64,000 nucleotides of DNA from IMG/VR virus record IMGVR_UViG_3300012231_000010, positions 1,538-65,537 of that record; one strand, written 5' to 3'. Below the pieces are notes generated by a model. It was not told the origin of the DNA. It made no database searches and saw nothing but the letters and a program-made list of their open reading frames with translations. Position numbers and translations under genes: made by a program. The DNA is from a virus (lineage: Duplodnaviria > Caudoviricetes). Below are positions 1 to 10,100 of the stretch, one piece after another; position 1 is the stretch's first letter; each line of letters begins with the position of its first letter.

Positions 1-1
1 C

Positions 2-607
2 GCCCAATACAAGCGCGCTAAAGCCGAAGTGCTCGCGCTTGGATATGGGTGTGGCGCTAAGAAATACGTCGAAGCCGCTTGGACCCTGGCGGCCTATAAA
101 GTGGATCCAGCGGATGCTCAGAAGCAGGTGACCGAGTTTCGGGCGGCGAACCCCAAGACGGTTGCCTTGTGGAAGCACCTGGACCAGGAATTTCGGAATT
201 CCTGCGGCGGGACCTTCGAAATGGGGTTGCCATCGGGCCGGGTTATGCGATACCCGAGTATTCGGCGGGAGTTGCGCCGCTTCCTGGACCCGGAAACAGA
301 GAAGCGAGTGAGCAAGGTTGTTTTTACTGCGGACGTTGGGGGCGTTCACAAGCCCCACTATGGAGGTCTCCTAACTGAGAACCTCGTTCAAGCTGCATCC
401 CGGGATGTTTTTTGTGAGCATTTGGTGGCTCTGGACAAAACCCCGGGCATTAAAACACTGTTCACCGTCCATGATGAAGCGGTCTTGGAATGCGACATGG
501 ACGTTACAGCCAAACAGGTTGAGGGGATTATGTCCCAAACTCCGGATTGGCTTGAGGGCTGCCCCGTCGGAGCTGAAGCCCAAGAGATCCCGCACTATCT
601 GAAATAG
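2..607 (+). CDS. Family A DNA polymerase, C-terminal part (5' truncated by window)
   Basis: Frame is open from base 2: KRAKAEVLALGYGCG (motif B-like), TENLVQAASRD and TVHDEAV (motif C). Confidence 0.9.
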   Translation, partial: AQYKRAKAEVLALGYGCGAKKYVEAAWTLAAYKVDPADAQKQVTEFRAANPKTVALWKHLDQEFRNSCGGTFEMGLPSGRVMRYPSIRRELRRFLDPETEKRVSKVVFTADVGGVHKPHYGGLLTENLVQAASRDVFCEHLVALDKTPGIKTLFTVHDEAVLECDMDVTAKQVEGIMSQTPDWLEGCPVGAEAQEIPHYLK

Positions 608-609
608 GT

Positions 610-637
610 TTGACGGGGTGGAAAATCATGAGATATT
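610..637 (+). promoter_or_regulatory. Sigma70-type promoter for the primase-helicase
   Basis: TTGACG(610-615)-N16-GATATT(632-637), ATG 9 nt later. Confidence 0.55.
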
Positions 638-646
638 AAGGGACGC

Positions 647-2848
647 ATGTTTTTTCTTAAAAACCTCTCCAGTTCTGAGGTCTTTGCGGGTAATCCTTGG
701 GAAGTCAAGGTAACCATTCCAAAGAAATGCCGGGAGGATAAGGGAGCCCGCGACGCCTGGATCAACCTCCCCACAACCAAGCATTGTTGCTACTCGGGCT
801 GGGAGGGCCTGAATCCGGCTTCCCGTATCACCGCCCGGAAGGACGCGGAGAACCCGCCGCACAAGCTTCACGCTCTCGTAATGGACTTTGATGCGACCGC
901 GACCGATGAACAAGTTGTATCCTACTGTGAACGTCTGCCCTGGACCCCGTCATATCTTGAGAGGACCCTGACGCCGGGACACTGGCGCTTGATCTTCCTG
1001 CTTGAGGAGCCCTTGATGTTTGCTTCGGTGGACAGCGCCGAATACTTCCTGGACTACCTGGAGAAAGACCTTAAGCTGCGCAACATCCCCGGCTTCGATT
1101 CGGCCGCGTTTAATAAACCCGGATTGTATTACACTTCTTCTGGTGATTTGTCTCCATCTGATCCCCCCGCGCGGATCCCCCAGGCGGAGATACGGGGCAA
1201 GTTCATGCTGGCGTTTGAGAAGTATTCCTTCGCGGAATTCAAGACCGAGTGGAATATCCCCGTGGAGGTTATCCAGGCGCGTCTGGTGGAGCGATACCCG
1301 GAGTTTACATCCCGTTGGGATGCCGATTTTGCCATCGGTGCCCAGGGGCCATCCTTCTGGATCCCCGAGTCAGTATCCCCCAAGTCCGCCATCATCAAGG
1401 AGGGCGGCATCTACACGTTCTCGTCGCACGCCACGCAACCCTTCTATTCCTGGGCCGAGTTGCTGGGTGCGGACTTCGTGAAAAAATATCAGGAAACTTC
1501 TTTGGGGAAGGCTTCTGATGGGATCTACAGGGCGGACAACAATTACTGGCGGAAGTTACCGGATGGAACGTGGAAGCCGCATCGCCAGGACGACATAACT
1601 CGCGCACTGCGCAAGGCGGGGGTATCTGAGAAGCGTGAGGGAGGAGCGGCTTCACCAATGGACCTTGTGTTGGATTACATTACTGAATCCAACCGCGTGG
1701 AAGGCGTGGGAAATTTTGTTTTCCAGCCAGACGGTCCGATCATCCGTGACGGTAAGCGCTACCTGAATGTTTGCACAACTAGCGTCTTGCCGCCCGCTCC
1801 GGAACTGTCCCCCTGGGGTGCCGAAGGCAACTTTCCGTGGCTGTCGCGCTTCTTTGATACGTTCTTTGATCCGGCGGAACAGCTCACCCCATTTCTGTGC
1901 TGGGTTGCATGGGCCTACCAAGGCTTCTTCAACCGAAAACCGCGTAACGGTCAAATCCTGCAAATCTTCGGCGAAGCCGGGGTCGGTAAAACGCTGATCA
2001 ATCAGGGCATACTCCCCACGCTGTTTGGCGGGAGCCGGGAGTGCAAAGAATTTCTGACTGGGCAAGACCAGTTTAACGCGGAGCTGTTCGAGGTCGGATA
2101 CTGGACGATTGATGATGGCAGCATTAGCTCGGACTATCGCACTCACCGGAAGTTTTCTGAAATGGCGAAGAAGACCGCCGCCAATCAGATGTTCCGCTGC
2201 CGCATGATGCACCAGTGCGCGGTGACCGTGACTTGGCAGGGCCGGATCGGGATCACCGCCAATGTGGATCCTGAATCACTGCGTAGCCAACTGCTCGAAG
2301 TCGATATTTCGCTGCTAGACAAACTTATGTTATTCCGGTCGGTGCGCACTCCCCAGGTGGATTTCAAGGGGGTTGAAGAGGCCCTCGAACGCGAGCTGCC
2401 CCACTTCGCGCGCTGGATCTTAAACTATAGCATACCCCCCGAATGGCAACCGGAGCATTCTCGATTCGGGGTCCGCGCTTACCATGAGGAATCTCTTTTG
2501 CAGATTGCCAGACAGGCCAGCGCCACAAGTTCCTTCGGGGAACTTATTGGAGCCTGGAGAACCCGGTATTTCAAGGAGCATCGGGACCTGCAATACTGGG
2601 AGGGGAATGCGTTCGATTTATTCACTTTGCTGAACGACGAGCCCGCCACAATGCTGGCCATGAAAGATTTTTCTCTGCGTCGTCTTCCGGTGGAGCTGGA
2701 AAAATTGGAACTGTCGGACCCGTCGGTCGAGTCGCTTTGCTCCAGCGAAGGCCGGGTGTGGCGCATCCAGCGCGCCGATTCGAGCGCCGAAAGGAAGCCG
2801 GTAATTCTGGATAAGCCAACCCAAAAAAGCAAGTTCGCCCGTGATTAA
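647..2848 (+). CDS. Primase-helicase (N-terminal primase/polymerase-like domain, C-terminal SF3/D5-like P-loop helicase)
   Basis: 733 aa; LVMDFD acidic motif and HWRLIF in N-terminal part; Walker A GEAGVGKT; Walker B-like WTIDDG; follows DNA polymerase. Confidence 0.8.
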   Translation: MFFLKNLSSSEVFAGNPWEVKVTIPKKCREDKGARDAWINLPTTKHCCYSGWEGLNPASRITARKDAENPPHKLHALVMDFDATATDEQVVSYCERLPWTPSYLERTLTPGHWRLIFLLEEPLMFASVDSAEYFLDYLEKDLKLRNIPGFDSAAFNKPGLYYTSSGDLSPSDPPARIPQAEIRGKFMLAFEKYSFAEFKTEWNIPVEVIQARLVERYPEFTSRWDADFAIGAQGPSFWIPESVSPKSAIIKEGGIYTFSSHATQPFYSWAELLGADFVKKYQETSLGKASDGIYRADNNYWRKLPDGTWKPHRQDDITRALRKAGVSEKREGGAASPMDLVLDYITESNRVEGVGNFVFQPDGPIIRDGKRYLNVCTTSVLPPAPELSPWGAEGNFPWLSRFFDTFFDPAEQLTPFLCWVAWAYQGFFNRKPRNGQILQIFGEAGVGKTLINQGILPTLFGGSRECKEFLTGQDQFNAELFEVGYWTIDDGSISSDYRTHRKFSEMAKKTAANQMFRCRMMHQCAVTVTWQGRIGITANVDPESLRSQLLEVDISLLDKLMLFRSVRTPQVDFKGVEEALERELPHFARWILNYSIPPEWQPEHSRFGVRAYHEESLLQIARQASATSSFGELIGAWRTRYFKEHRDLQYWEGNAFDLFTLLNDEPATMLAMKDFSLRRLPVELEKLELSDPSVESLCSSEGRVWRIQRADSSAERKPVILDKPTQKSKFARD

Positions 2849-3548
2849 AAAAACGAAAACTACCGGCATCGGTTACTACTCGGTCCGCGATGATATCTCT
2901 TTCGTCAGCTTGACAGTCGAGGAAGAGCGAGCACTATTTATTAAGTGGCGCGAAGAGAAAAATTACGCGGCGCGGGACGAGATTATCGCCCGGCACCTGC
3001 TTTATGCGGCTTGCGAGGCGGGCAAGCGCGCGCCGGACTGGATCGAGAAGGACGAGGCAATCAGCGCCGCAAATGCAGCTCTGATGAAGGCCGTTGCCCG
3101 GTTCAACCCCAACTATGGATCCCGCTTTTCAGCTTACGTTCGCAAGTTCATTCGGGGCGAGATCGTGGCTCTCTGTCGGAGCAAGAACCCGGTCAAAGTT
3201 CCGGCCGAGTGGCAGGCTGAGCATGCAATCCCCCTGGATAACATGGACCCCAATATGGTGACCCCCGATTTTCAGCTCAGCGAGGAGCACCCAGTGGAGG
3301 GCGACGACCACAAGGCCAACCAGTTGGTAAAGCTTCGTCTTGCCCTGCGGCGCAAGTGGATCACACCCATCGAACGCCACGTTATAATGGAGCACAACTT
3401 CAACGGCAAGGATTATCAAACCATCGCCGATGAAATGCCAAAGAGCCTCGTGCCGCGCGCGTCCCGGCAGCGGGTGGGCCAGATCCACAAGAAAGCATGT
3501 GCCAAGCTGAAGACTCTGCTGGCCCAGTATGGGGTTGATGGGTTATGA
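2841..3548 (+). CDS. Phage-encoded RNA polymerase sigma-70 family factor
   Basis: Region 2 (DEAISAANAALMKAVARFNPNYGSRFSAYVRKFIRGEI) and region 4 HTH (DYQTIADEM...SRQRVGQIHKKACAKLK). Confidence 0.85.
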   Translation: MIKKTKTTGIGYYSVRDDISFVSLTVEEERALFIKWREEKNYAARDEIIARHLLYAACEAGKRAPDWIEKDEAISAANAALMKAVARFNPNYGSRFSAYVRKFIRGEIVALCRSKNPVKVPAEWQAEHAIPLDNMDPNMVTPDFQLSEEHPVEGDDHKANQLVKLRLALRRKWITPIERHVIMEHNFNGKDYQTIADEMPKSLVPRASRQRVGQIHKKACAKLKTLLAQYGVDGL

Positions 3549-4030
3549 TTATCCTGGGATTAGATTTGGGGACACATACAGGATGGGCCGAAAGCATAGC
3601 CGGGATGCGAAAGGTTACGAGCGGCACTTGGACACTTGCGACCCCCAAAGAAATCAAGAAACAGGGAGAGAATCGGGGTGACCGGGATTTTGATATCCGG
3701 GTCAAGCGCCTTGCCGACAATCTTCGGAAGAATTATATTTACGATTTGATCGTTTTTGAGGATGTGGAGTTCGTGAAGTTTCGCCTTCAAGCCCAGTTGT
3801 GGGCCAGCTTTCGCGCGGCTGCCTGGCTAGCCCCCGCGACCAAGTTTTTGTCTGTCCCGGTTGGGACCTTGAAGAAGTTTGCGACTGGGTGGCATTCTGC
3901 CACAAAAGAACAAATGGCGGAGGCTTTGATGCGCCGGTATCCGTCGCTGGTTAAACCCGGCCAAGGGGACGACGAGGTTGACGCTTTGTGGCTGATGTTG
4001 TATAGTTTGAACGTCTACAAAAAATTATGA
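3545..4030 (+). CDS. RuvC-like Holliday junction resolvase
   Basis: MIILGLDLGTHTGW, IVFEDV, ATKEQM, DDEVDALWL: RuvC/RNase H fold catalytic pattern. Confidence 0.8.
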   Translation: MIILGLDLGTHTGWAESIAGMRKVTSGTWTLATPKEIKKQGENRGDRDFDIRVKRLADNLRKNYIYDLIVFEDVEFVKFRLQAQLWASFRAAAWLAPATKFLSVPVGTLKKFATGWHSATKEQMAEALMRRYPSLVKPGQGDDEVDALWLMLYSLNVYKKL

Positions 4031-4548
4031 GCCAGCAAACAACTACTACGCTTCCTTCGGCTTATGCGATGACCCAAATCCAGGTTGGCACTTTGCTGGG
4101 CATCATAGCCCAGCTCGGGCAGCCTCAACACACTTGGGGCGGCGTAGTGCCTACTGACGACGTTCCCCTGGGCGGGTCCCGGGATGGCGGGGTGCGGGCT
4201 GCAATGGACGCCACCGCTATCAAAGCCTGTGATGTCCTGGACCAGTTGATATCCGATCCGGGTCGGTGGGATTTGTCGCGCGTAACCCGCATCGAGGACG
4301 CCATTGTTTCACTTTATGCGGCCCAGCAAAAGATGGTGGAGTCGCAACTGAACCCCCGCCCGTGCGTCCTGCTACGCCCCCATTTGTTTTACAGCTCGGG
4401 GCTGTGGTGGGCCGTCTATGGTGAGGCCGTCGAGAATCGGCTGGTGGGGACTGGCTCCACACCCGAAGCAGCGCTTCAAAACTTCGATTTGCAATTCGGA
4501 AAAACCACACCACATGAAATCACGATCTCCAATGAAACAAAAGAATAA
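4027..4548 (+). CDS. Hypothetical protein
   Basis: 173-aa ORF, 4-nt overlap with upstream gene. Confidence 0.6.
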   Translation: MSQQTTTTLPSAYAMTQIQVGTLLGIIAQLGQPQHTWGGVVPTDDVPLGGSRDGGVRAAMDATAIKACDVLDQLISDPGRWDLSRVTRIEDAIVSLYAAQQKMVESQLNPRPCVLLRPHLFYSSGLWWAVYGEAVENRLVGTGSTPEAALQNFDLQFGKTTPHEITISNETKE

Positions 4549-5800
4549 GCCCTGGACAAAAGAAGAGCTGGCAGTTTTGGCTGACGGTTCGCTGACCCTC
4601 CGCGAAATTGCGAATCGTCTTGGCCGATCAGTGTGCGCCGTCGCGCGCGCCCGGGACCGGCTGGTGAAATCTGTGCCCAGACCCGCCGCCCAAGAGCCGC
4701 TTTCCTACAGCGAGGATAAAGCCAAGGCGCACGAAGGGCATTGGCGCGCGCGGCACGATTCACTCCATGTGAAATACAAGGAAGCCCTGAAGGATGCTGT
4801 CCTGGTGGACAAGCTGGTGGGCGAGATCAAGTCCATGGCCCCGCTGTCATACAACCCGGCTCCCCCGGTCACGGCGGCACGCAAGGTGAGTAAATCTTCG
4901 CCTCAGTCTGCCATCCTCCTGTTGAGCGATACCCACGTTGGCAAGGTTGTTCTGCCTTCCCAGACACTCAATTTTGGCGGCTACAACTTCGAGCTGTTTC
5001 TGGCCCGGCTGAAATATGTGGAAGAGAGCGTCATTTCGATCATGAGGGACCACATCAATACGGCCATCCCGGAGCTGGTTGTCGCGCTCCTCGGCGATAT
5101 GTTGGATGGGAACCTCGCCCATGGGGCAGAGGGCGGCCTGCGCAATACCGTGTTCTCCCAGTTCTACGGGGCGGGTCACGCGCTCGCGCAGTTCCTACGG
5201 AATGTTGCCCGGCATGTCCCGCAGATCCGGATGGAAACCGTAGTGGGGAATCACACGCGCTGGAACGACCAGAAGAAAATGCCCACTGAGAACCGATTTT
5301 CGAATTTCGACATGGTTCTCTACGCCTTTGTGGAAGCGCTCACCAAGGACATAAAGAATATCAAGTGGAATCTCAACCAGCAACCGTTCCAAATCTTCGA
5401 TGTCCAGGGGTTCTGCTTCTATGCGTGCCACGGGGACCATTGGAAGGGCGGAGATAAGGCGCTGGGGATCCCGAACCACGCAATTGGCCGACAAGTAAGC
5501 ACAACTACCCAACTCTTTCACAAGCACGGCGCGGCGGTCCCGAACTACTACATATCTGGACACCTTCACCGTTCGATAACACTCCCACATGCAACGGGGG
5601 AGATAATTGTCAACGGCGGGTTCCCCGGGCTTGACGGGTATGCGCTTACCGGCAACTTCAACCCAGTTGATCCCATCCAACGTTTCTTTTTCTGCCACCC
5701 CAAATACGGGCGGACAGCCACCTATGATCTTTCGTTGAAATGCGCGAAGGTTGAGGAAGCCCGTCCCTATGTCATCCCCAGTGGTTTCGAAGTCGAATAG
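4532..5800 (+). CDS. Calcineurin-like metallophosphoesterase with N-terminal HTH
   Basis: SDTHVG, GDMLDG, VGNHTR, CHGDH, SGHLH motifs; N-terminal WTKEE...LREIANRLGRS; start re-called to ATG 4532. Confidence 0.85.
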   Translation: MKQKNKPWTKEELAVLADGSLTLREIANRLGRSVCAVARARDRLVKSVPRPAAQEPLSYSEDKAKAHEGHWRARHDSLHVKYKEALKDAVLVDKLVGEIKSMAPLSYNPAPPVTAARKVSKSSPQSAILLLSDTHVGKVVLPSQTLNFGGYNFELFLARLKYVEESVISIMRDHINTAIPELVVALLGDMLDGNLAHGAEGGLRNTVFSQFYGAGHALAQFLRNVARHVPQIRMETVVGNHTRWNDQKKMPTENRFSNFDMVLYAFVEALTKDIKNIKWNLNQQPFQIFDVQGFCFYACHGDHWKGGDKALGIPNHAIGRQVSTTTQLFHKHGAAVPNYYISGHLHRSITLPHATGEIIVNGGFPGLDGYALTGNFNPVDPIQRFFFCHPKYGRTATYDLSLKCAKVEEARPYVIPSGFEVE

Positions 5801-5804
5801 CAGA

Positions 5805-6440
5805 TTAGAAAAGCCCGGCAATTGGCGGACGTTGCACTTGTCCGATGACTGAGGCGCGCCGTTCAATACCGCCAAATAAATTCTTTTGCATGTCCTCCCG
5901 TAACCGGGCTTGATTTTTCTGGGCTTGCCCCAGGAGAGACTGAGTTTGAGAGGACAAATTCAAGATTGGCAATCCAAGGCGATTCTTTTGCGTGGCCATG
6001 CCGGGAAGCACACCACGATTAAGGGACTCGCGGATCTTCAAGTCGGCCGCAGTCTGCTCCTGCGCGATTTTCTCATTCTGTAGCCTTAAGTTTTCCACAT
6101 CCTCGGCCATGTCCCGGTCACCCAAAGTAAAGGCAGTAGCGGGTCCCTGAGAAGTTTGCATTGTTGGATTAAACCCCGGGGTCAGCAATTGATTAAAGTC
6201 GAACGCGGGAATTTTTGGTGTCGGCGCGGTGACAAACGAAGACGGGGCCGCCGTCTTGATGCCCGACAGAAAAGATTGAACCTGGCCAGGGCCGCCGCTG
6301 GCGAAGACGTTCGCGAGCTGCTGCTGCGCCGGGCTAAGAGTCCCGCCGGACGCCACAAGATCCATGGTGGAATTGAGGGTATCCGAGTCGGTATTTTGTA
6401 TCCCGGTCCCCGGGGCGATTAGGATGATGTCATCGGCCAT
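5805..6440 (-). CDS. Hypothetical protein (last gene of structural arm)
   Basis: 211-aa ORF converging on the + strand replication arm. Confidence 0.65.
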   Translation of the reverse strand: MADDIILIAPGTGIQNTDSDTLNSTMDLVASGGTLSPAQQQLANVFASGGPGQVQSFLSGIKTAAPSSFVTAPTPKIPAFDFNQLLTPGFNPTMQTSQGPATAFTLGDRDMAEDVENLRLQNEKIAQEQTAADLKIRESLNRGVLPGMATQKNRLGLPILNLSSQTQSLLGQAQKNQARLREDMQKNLFGGIERRASVIGQVQRPPIAGLF

Positions 6441-6441
6441 A

Positions 6442-6996
6442 TTAAATCGCGGGTTTCAGAAGGTCATTGAGGAGTCCCTGGCCCGGCTTTGCACCCTGGG
6501 TGGGGGCGGCGGGGGCGAGATTCTTCAACCGGGCAGTGTTGATCTTCTGGTTAGTCTTGGGGCTGGGGGCGGGAACGCCAGCGGTTCCGGCGGGGGCCGC
6601 TTCGGGGGCGGCTTGTCCACCCTGGATCTCCGCCACGGCACCTTCAAACATGTCGATAGACACCGCAATCTTGTCCAGGTTGCCATCCCGGACCGCCTGG
6701 GCGATCTGCTGCGCGGAGATAAGCTTCGGATTGAACAAGACCCCCACCTTCTTGTTAGAAAACAGTCCTAACCCCGCCTGGGGCAGCGCGGGGGCCGCTT
6801 TAGCCAGCAAGGCGATGCTGGGTGACTTGTCCTCGGCGGTGGCAAAGATAGCCGGGGGTTGCCCGGTGGCAACGGCCTGGACGACAGGCAGGCTTTCCAC
6901 TTCGGGCGGGAGAAGATCCTCGGGGGTGGCGGTTTCGGGTTGCGCGGGCTCCATAGGTTCCGCCGCAAGGGGTTCAATTTCGTTGATGCTAGCCAT
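6442..6996 (-). CDS. Hypothetical Pro/Ala-rich protein
   Basis: Start re-called to ATG 6996, 5 nt after a class II promoter. Confidence 0.65.
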   Translation of the reverse strand: MASINEIEPLAAEPMEPAQPETATPEDLLPPEVESLPVVQAVATGQPPAIFATAEDKSPSIALLAKAAPALPQAGLGLFSNKKVGVLFNPKLISAQQIAQAVRDGNLDKIAVSIDMFEGAVAEIQGGQAAPEAAPAGTAGVPAPSPKTNQKINTARLKNLAPAAPTQGAKPGQGLLNDLLKPAI

Positions 6997-7029
6997 ACTA
7001 TTAAGTGCTCGATTTTTCGCCGGAGTCAA
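6997..7029 (-). promoter_or_regulatory. Class II (putative late) promoter
   Basis: TTGACT-N16-CACTTA-N5-ATG. Confidence 0.6.
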
Positions 7030-7143
7030 CGGCCAGCCGGTTAAATTCGTCAATGACGGATTCCACGAATTCGTCAACCCTGGGCAGGGGCGGGTTCACA
7101 ATGCGAACCGCCGCGTTTAAAGCCTCGATCTCTTTGTCGGTCA

Positions 7144-10100
7144 TTAGAATAGCTCCTGTTGCGCCTCGCGCAGTTCGATGTCTTTTAGCTCTTGCCGGTA
7201 GTCCCCGAGATTCAGCTCGGACCACCCTTTCTTCGCCCAGTTCATTTTTTCGATGAACCAAAGGGCCCCTTGAAGCTGGTGTGCTTTCAGACCCAACCGC
7301 TTGGCGGCGGCTGAAAAAGCTTTCTGAGAAAAAGCAAAGTCGGCGTCAGACACAGCCTTGGCGTGCTGCGGCAACACGCGCCAGCGGTCTTGGAAGCCCT
7401 TGTAACCGGCTTCTCGCATTGTCCGCGCCGCCCATAGGTCGATGGTGGCTTCATCAGACTCGCCAAGCAGGTTCATCACGAAATTTTGAGTCTTGGGACC
7501 CTGGGTCTGCTTCAACCAGCGCCGGGTGATGACTTTCAAGACCGCCTCAGAGTGCATGCCGAACTTCGGAGCGATCTTGCCGTCCTTGGTCATGCGTTCC
7601 ACTTGTCGCGGAAGCAAATCATGCTTCTGGATCCACCAGCCCATCAGAGCGGCGTCTGAAATCGTCTGTGGCCTTTGTGCCGCAGGCACGGAGCGTTTGT
7701 ATTGCTTCACTAACGACCCGTCCGCCAGCTTTGATAACCCCTCTTCGTATTTCGTGATAAGGGCGTCAAAATCACCGTTCTTCCAGCGCTTGAAAGCAGC
7801 CTCGGCGAATCCGTAGTTGACCTTCGGTGTGGTGTTGGGGCTTGTGGCGGCTAACAGCTCCGCAAAGATGGGGGCGTCCTCCCCGTAGCGCGCCTTCAGC
7901 AGCGGAGTGAAATCGTCATACCATCGCTCTCCGAGTTTCGTGCTAGGGTCGTCCTTGTGCGCTTTATATTTCTCTTCCAATTTGGCGGCGAACGCTTCAA
8001 CAGCGGCGTCTTCGTTGCCCGCCTGCTTATAGAGGGGAGATTCCTTGATGGCGTAATCCACCGTGGTATCCTTCTCCCGGGGGACAACCGCCTCGGGATA
8101 CTGCTTGCGGAGCTGGGGGAGCGTCAACTCGGCCCGTTCGCGTTTTGACAGCACTGCTGGGGAAATTTCTTGCGCACCGAGATCAAACTCCAGTTCTTTA
8201 CCCTTCGGGAGAAATGAAATCGTGGTAGACTTAGTGGCTTTGACTGGGGCGACGTTCAGATCATCAACCGCGCGCGGTTCAACGTCTGCCAGCCCGCCGG
8301 GAAACTTCACCGGCTCACCCTTGACGAGATTCTCGATTGCGGCGGCGATATCCGCCGGGTCTTTCAGCACGGTATTGCCATCGCCCCCGCTGGGGACCAC
8401 TTCCAGCTTCTTCAGGTCAAAGAACGATTCCTGGTTATTCGCCTCAGCAAATTTTTGGGTATTGGCCCGGTGGGTCTGGTCAACAACCACATTAAGATCC
8501 ACGCTAACCAGTTGCTTGTCGCCCTCACCTTTTCGGGAGATTCGGAAGAGTCCGGCTTTTGCGGCCTCATTATCCAGGATATCCGCGAACTGGGCGAGCG
8601 CTTCCCGTGCATTATCTGGGGTAAGATCCTCGGCCGGGATATCCCGGCTGGCCAGTGTAACGACATCTAGGGAACGGTCACCGGGAACAAATATCGTTCC
8701 GTCCGCATTAAAGGTTTCGCCCTCTTTATCGCCCTTGGCAATCCTGGACAGTTCATCCGGGAATTCAGCGGCAGAAAAAATGTTGGCGGTAGGCAGAAAA
8801 GCCCCGCGTTGCCCAGTGCCCTCCTCAGTTACAAACGGAATCGACTCCAGCTTTTGAGCGTCATCGTCCATCTGGAAAAATTGTCGGGTGGCAGTGCGCT
8901 TCGTGTTGCCTTGGTTGTCCACAAGGGAGACAGTCAGATTGTCGATGCCGTCCAGGTTGTCAGTGATGTATTCCTGCACCTTGTCGCGTTGGGCCTTGCC
9001 GAATTTGGCCTCGTTGGCTTCAATCACCAGCCGCCCGTTGTTGGGGGTATACGAAATACGGATGAAGCCGGACGACAGCGCGCCGATGCGAACGTCCTCC
9101 TTGCCCTGCGTGGCTGGGATGGCGGTCTTGAATTGCTTGTTCAGGGACTCGCTATTCTCGATCAAGTATTGGTCATGGGTGGCGCGATTGACTTCTCGGA
9201 ATGAACCGTCCGGCAGTATGAAGGACTTGGCGACCAGCGGGAGTTTTTCGTCTTTGCGTTTCTTGGGCAGAAATTGCGCGTCGGGATCAATATCAGAATG
9301 AGCGACTATCGAGCCGCCGTCTTCCACTTCTGCGGCCGCTTGCTCGGGGCTAATGTCAATGGGTTCACTTCCCCCAAAAGAAGTTTTCCCCGGCCCGAAA
9401 ACGCGTTCCCGAATTTGAACTGGGCCCTCCCCTACGATATTACCAGACAAACCAGTAACTCCCCGAATTTGAAGTTCAGTTGCGGCCTCTCGCAGCATCG
9501 CCTCGGCGATACCCCGGCGTCGAAATTTTTCAGAAACATCTATCGCCCCGATAGTGGCGAGTTTAGCAGAATCAGTTATCCCTAGGATGATCTTGCCGAC
9601 CTTCTTACGATTTTTTACTACTGTAAATTTAAGTAACCCCGGGGAAGCCTCTCGAAGAAATTCAAAATCCTTTTCTACTAGCGCTTTTCCTTTTTCGGTA
9701 ACTGGTTCGTGGGGCAGAAATTGCGCGTCGGGCGAAATCTCGTTTGTCGCCTCGAAGAAGTCGGCGGTGCGGTTGCCCGTTTCCCGCATCCGGCGCAGCG
9801 TGCCAGCAGCTTCTTCCGCCGCAACCTTGTCGCCCAGAGCACTGGTCAAGTCGATAAAATCGCCAAAGACAGACTGCCGGATTTCGAGGGGCCCCTCGGC
9901 GACAATGAATCCAGACAATCGCTTCGCGCCATCTTCCTGGAGCAAGGATCCCAGTTCGCGGTAAAGCGCCTCACCCAAACCCTGCTTGCGCAACTTGGGG
10001 TCCACAATCACATTGTCCACCATGGCCAGCTCAGGAGAAGGCTGGTGAGAATAAATCTGGCCGACAACCTCGTCGCCCTTGATGATCTGCACTGACCGGG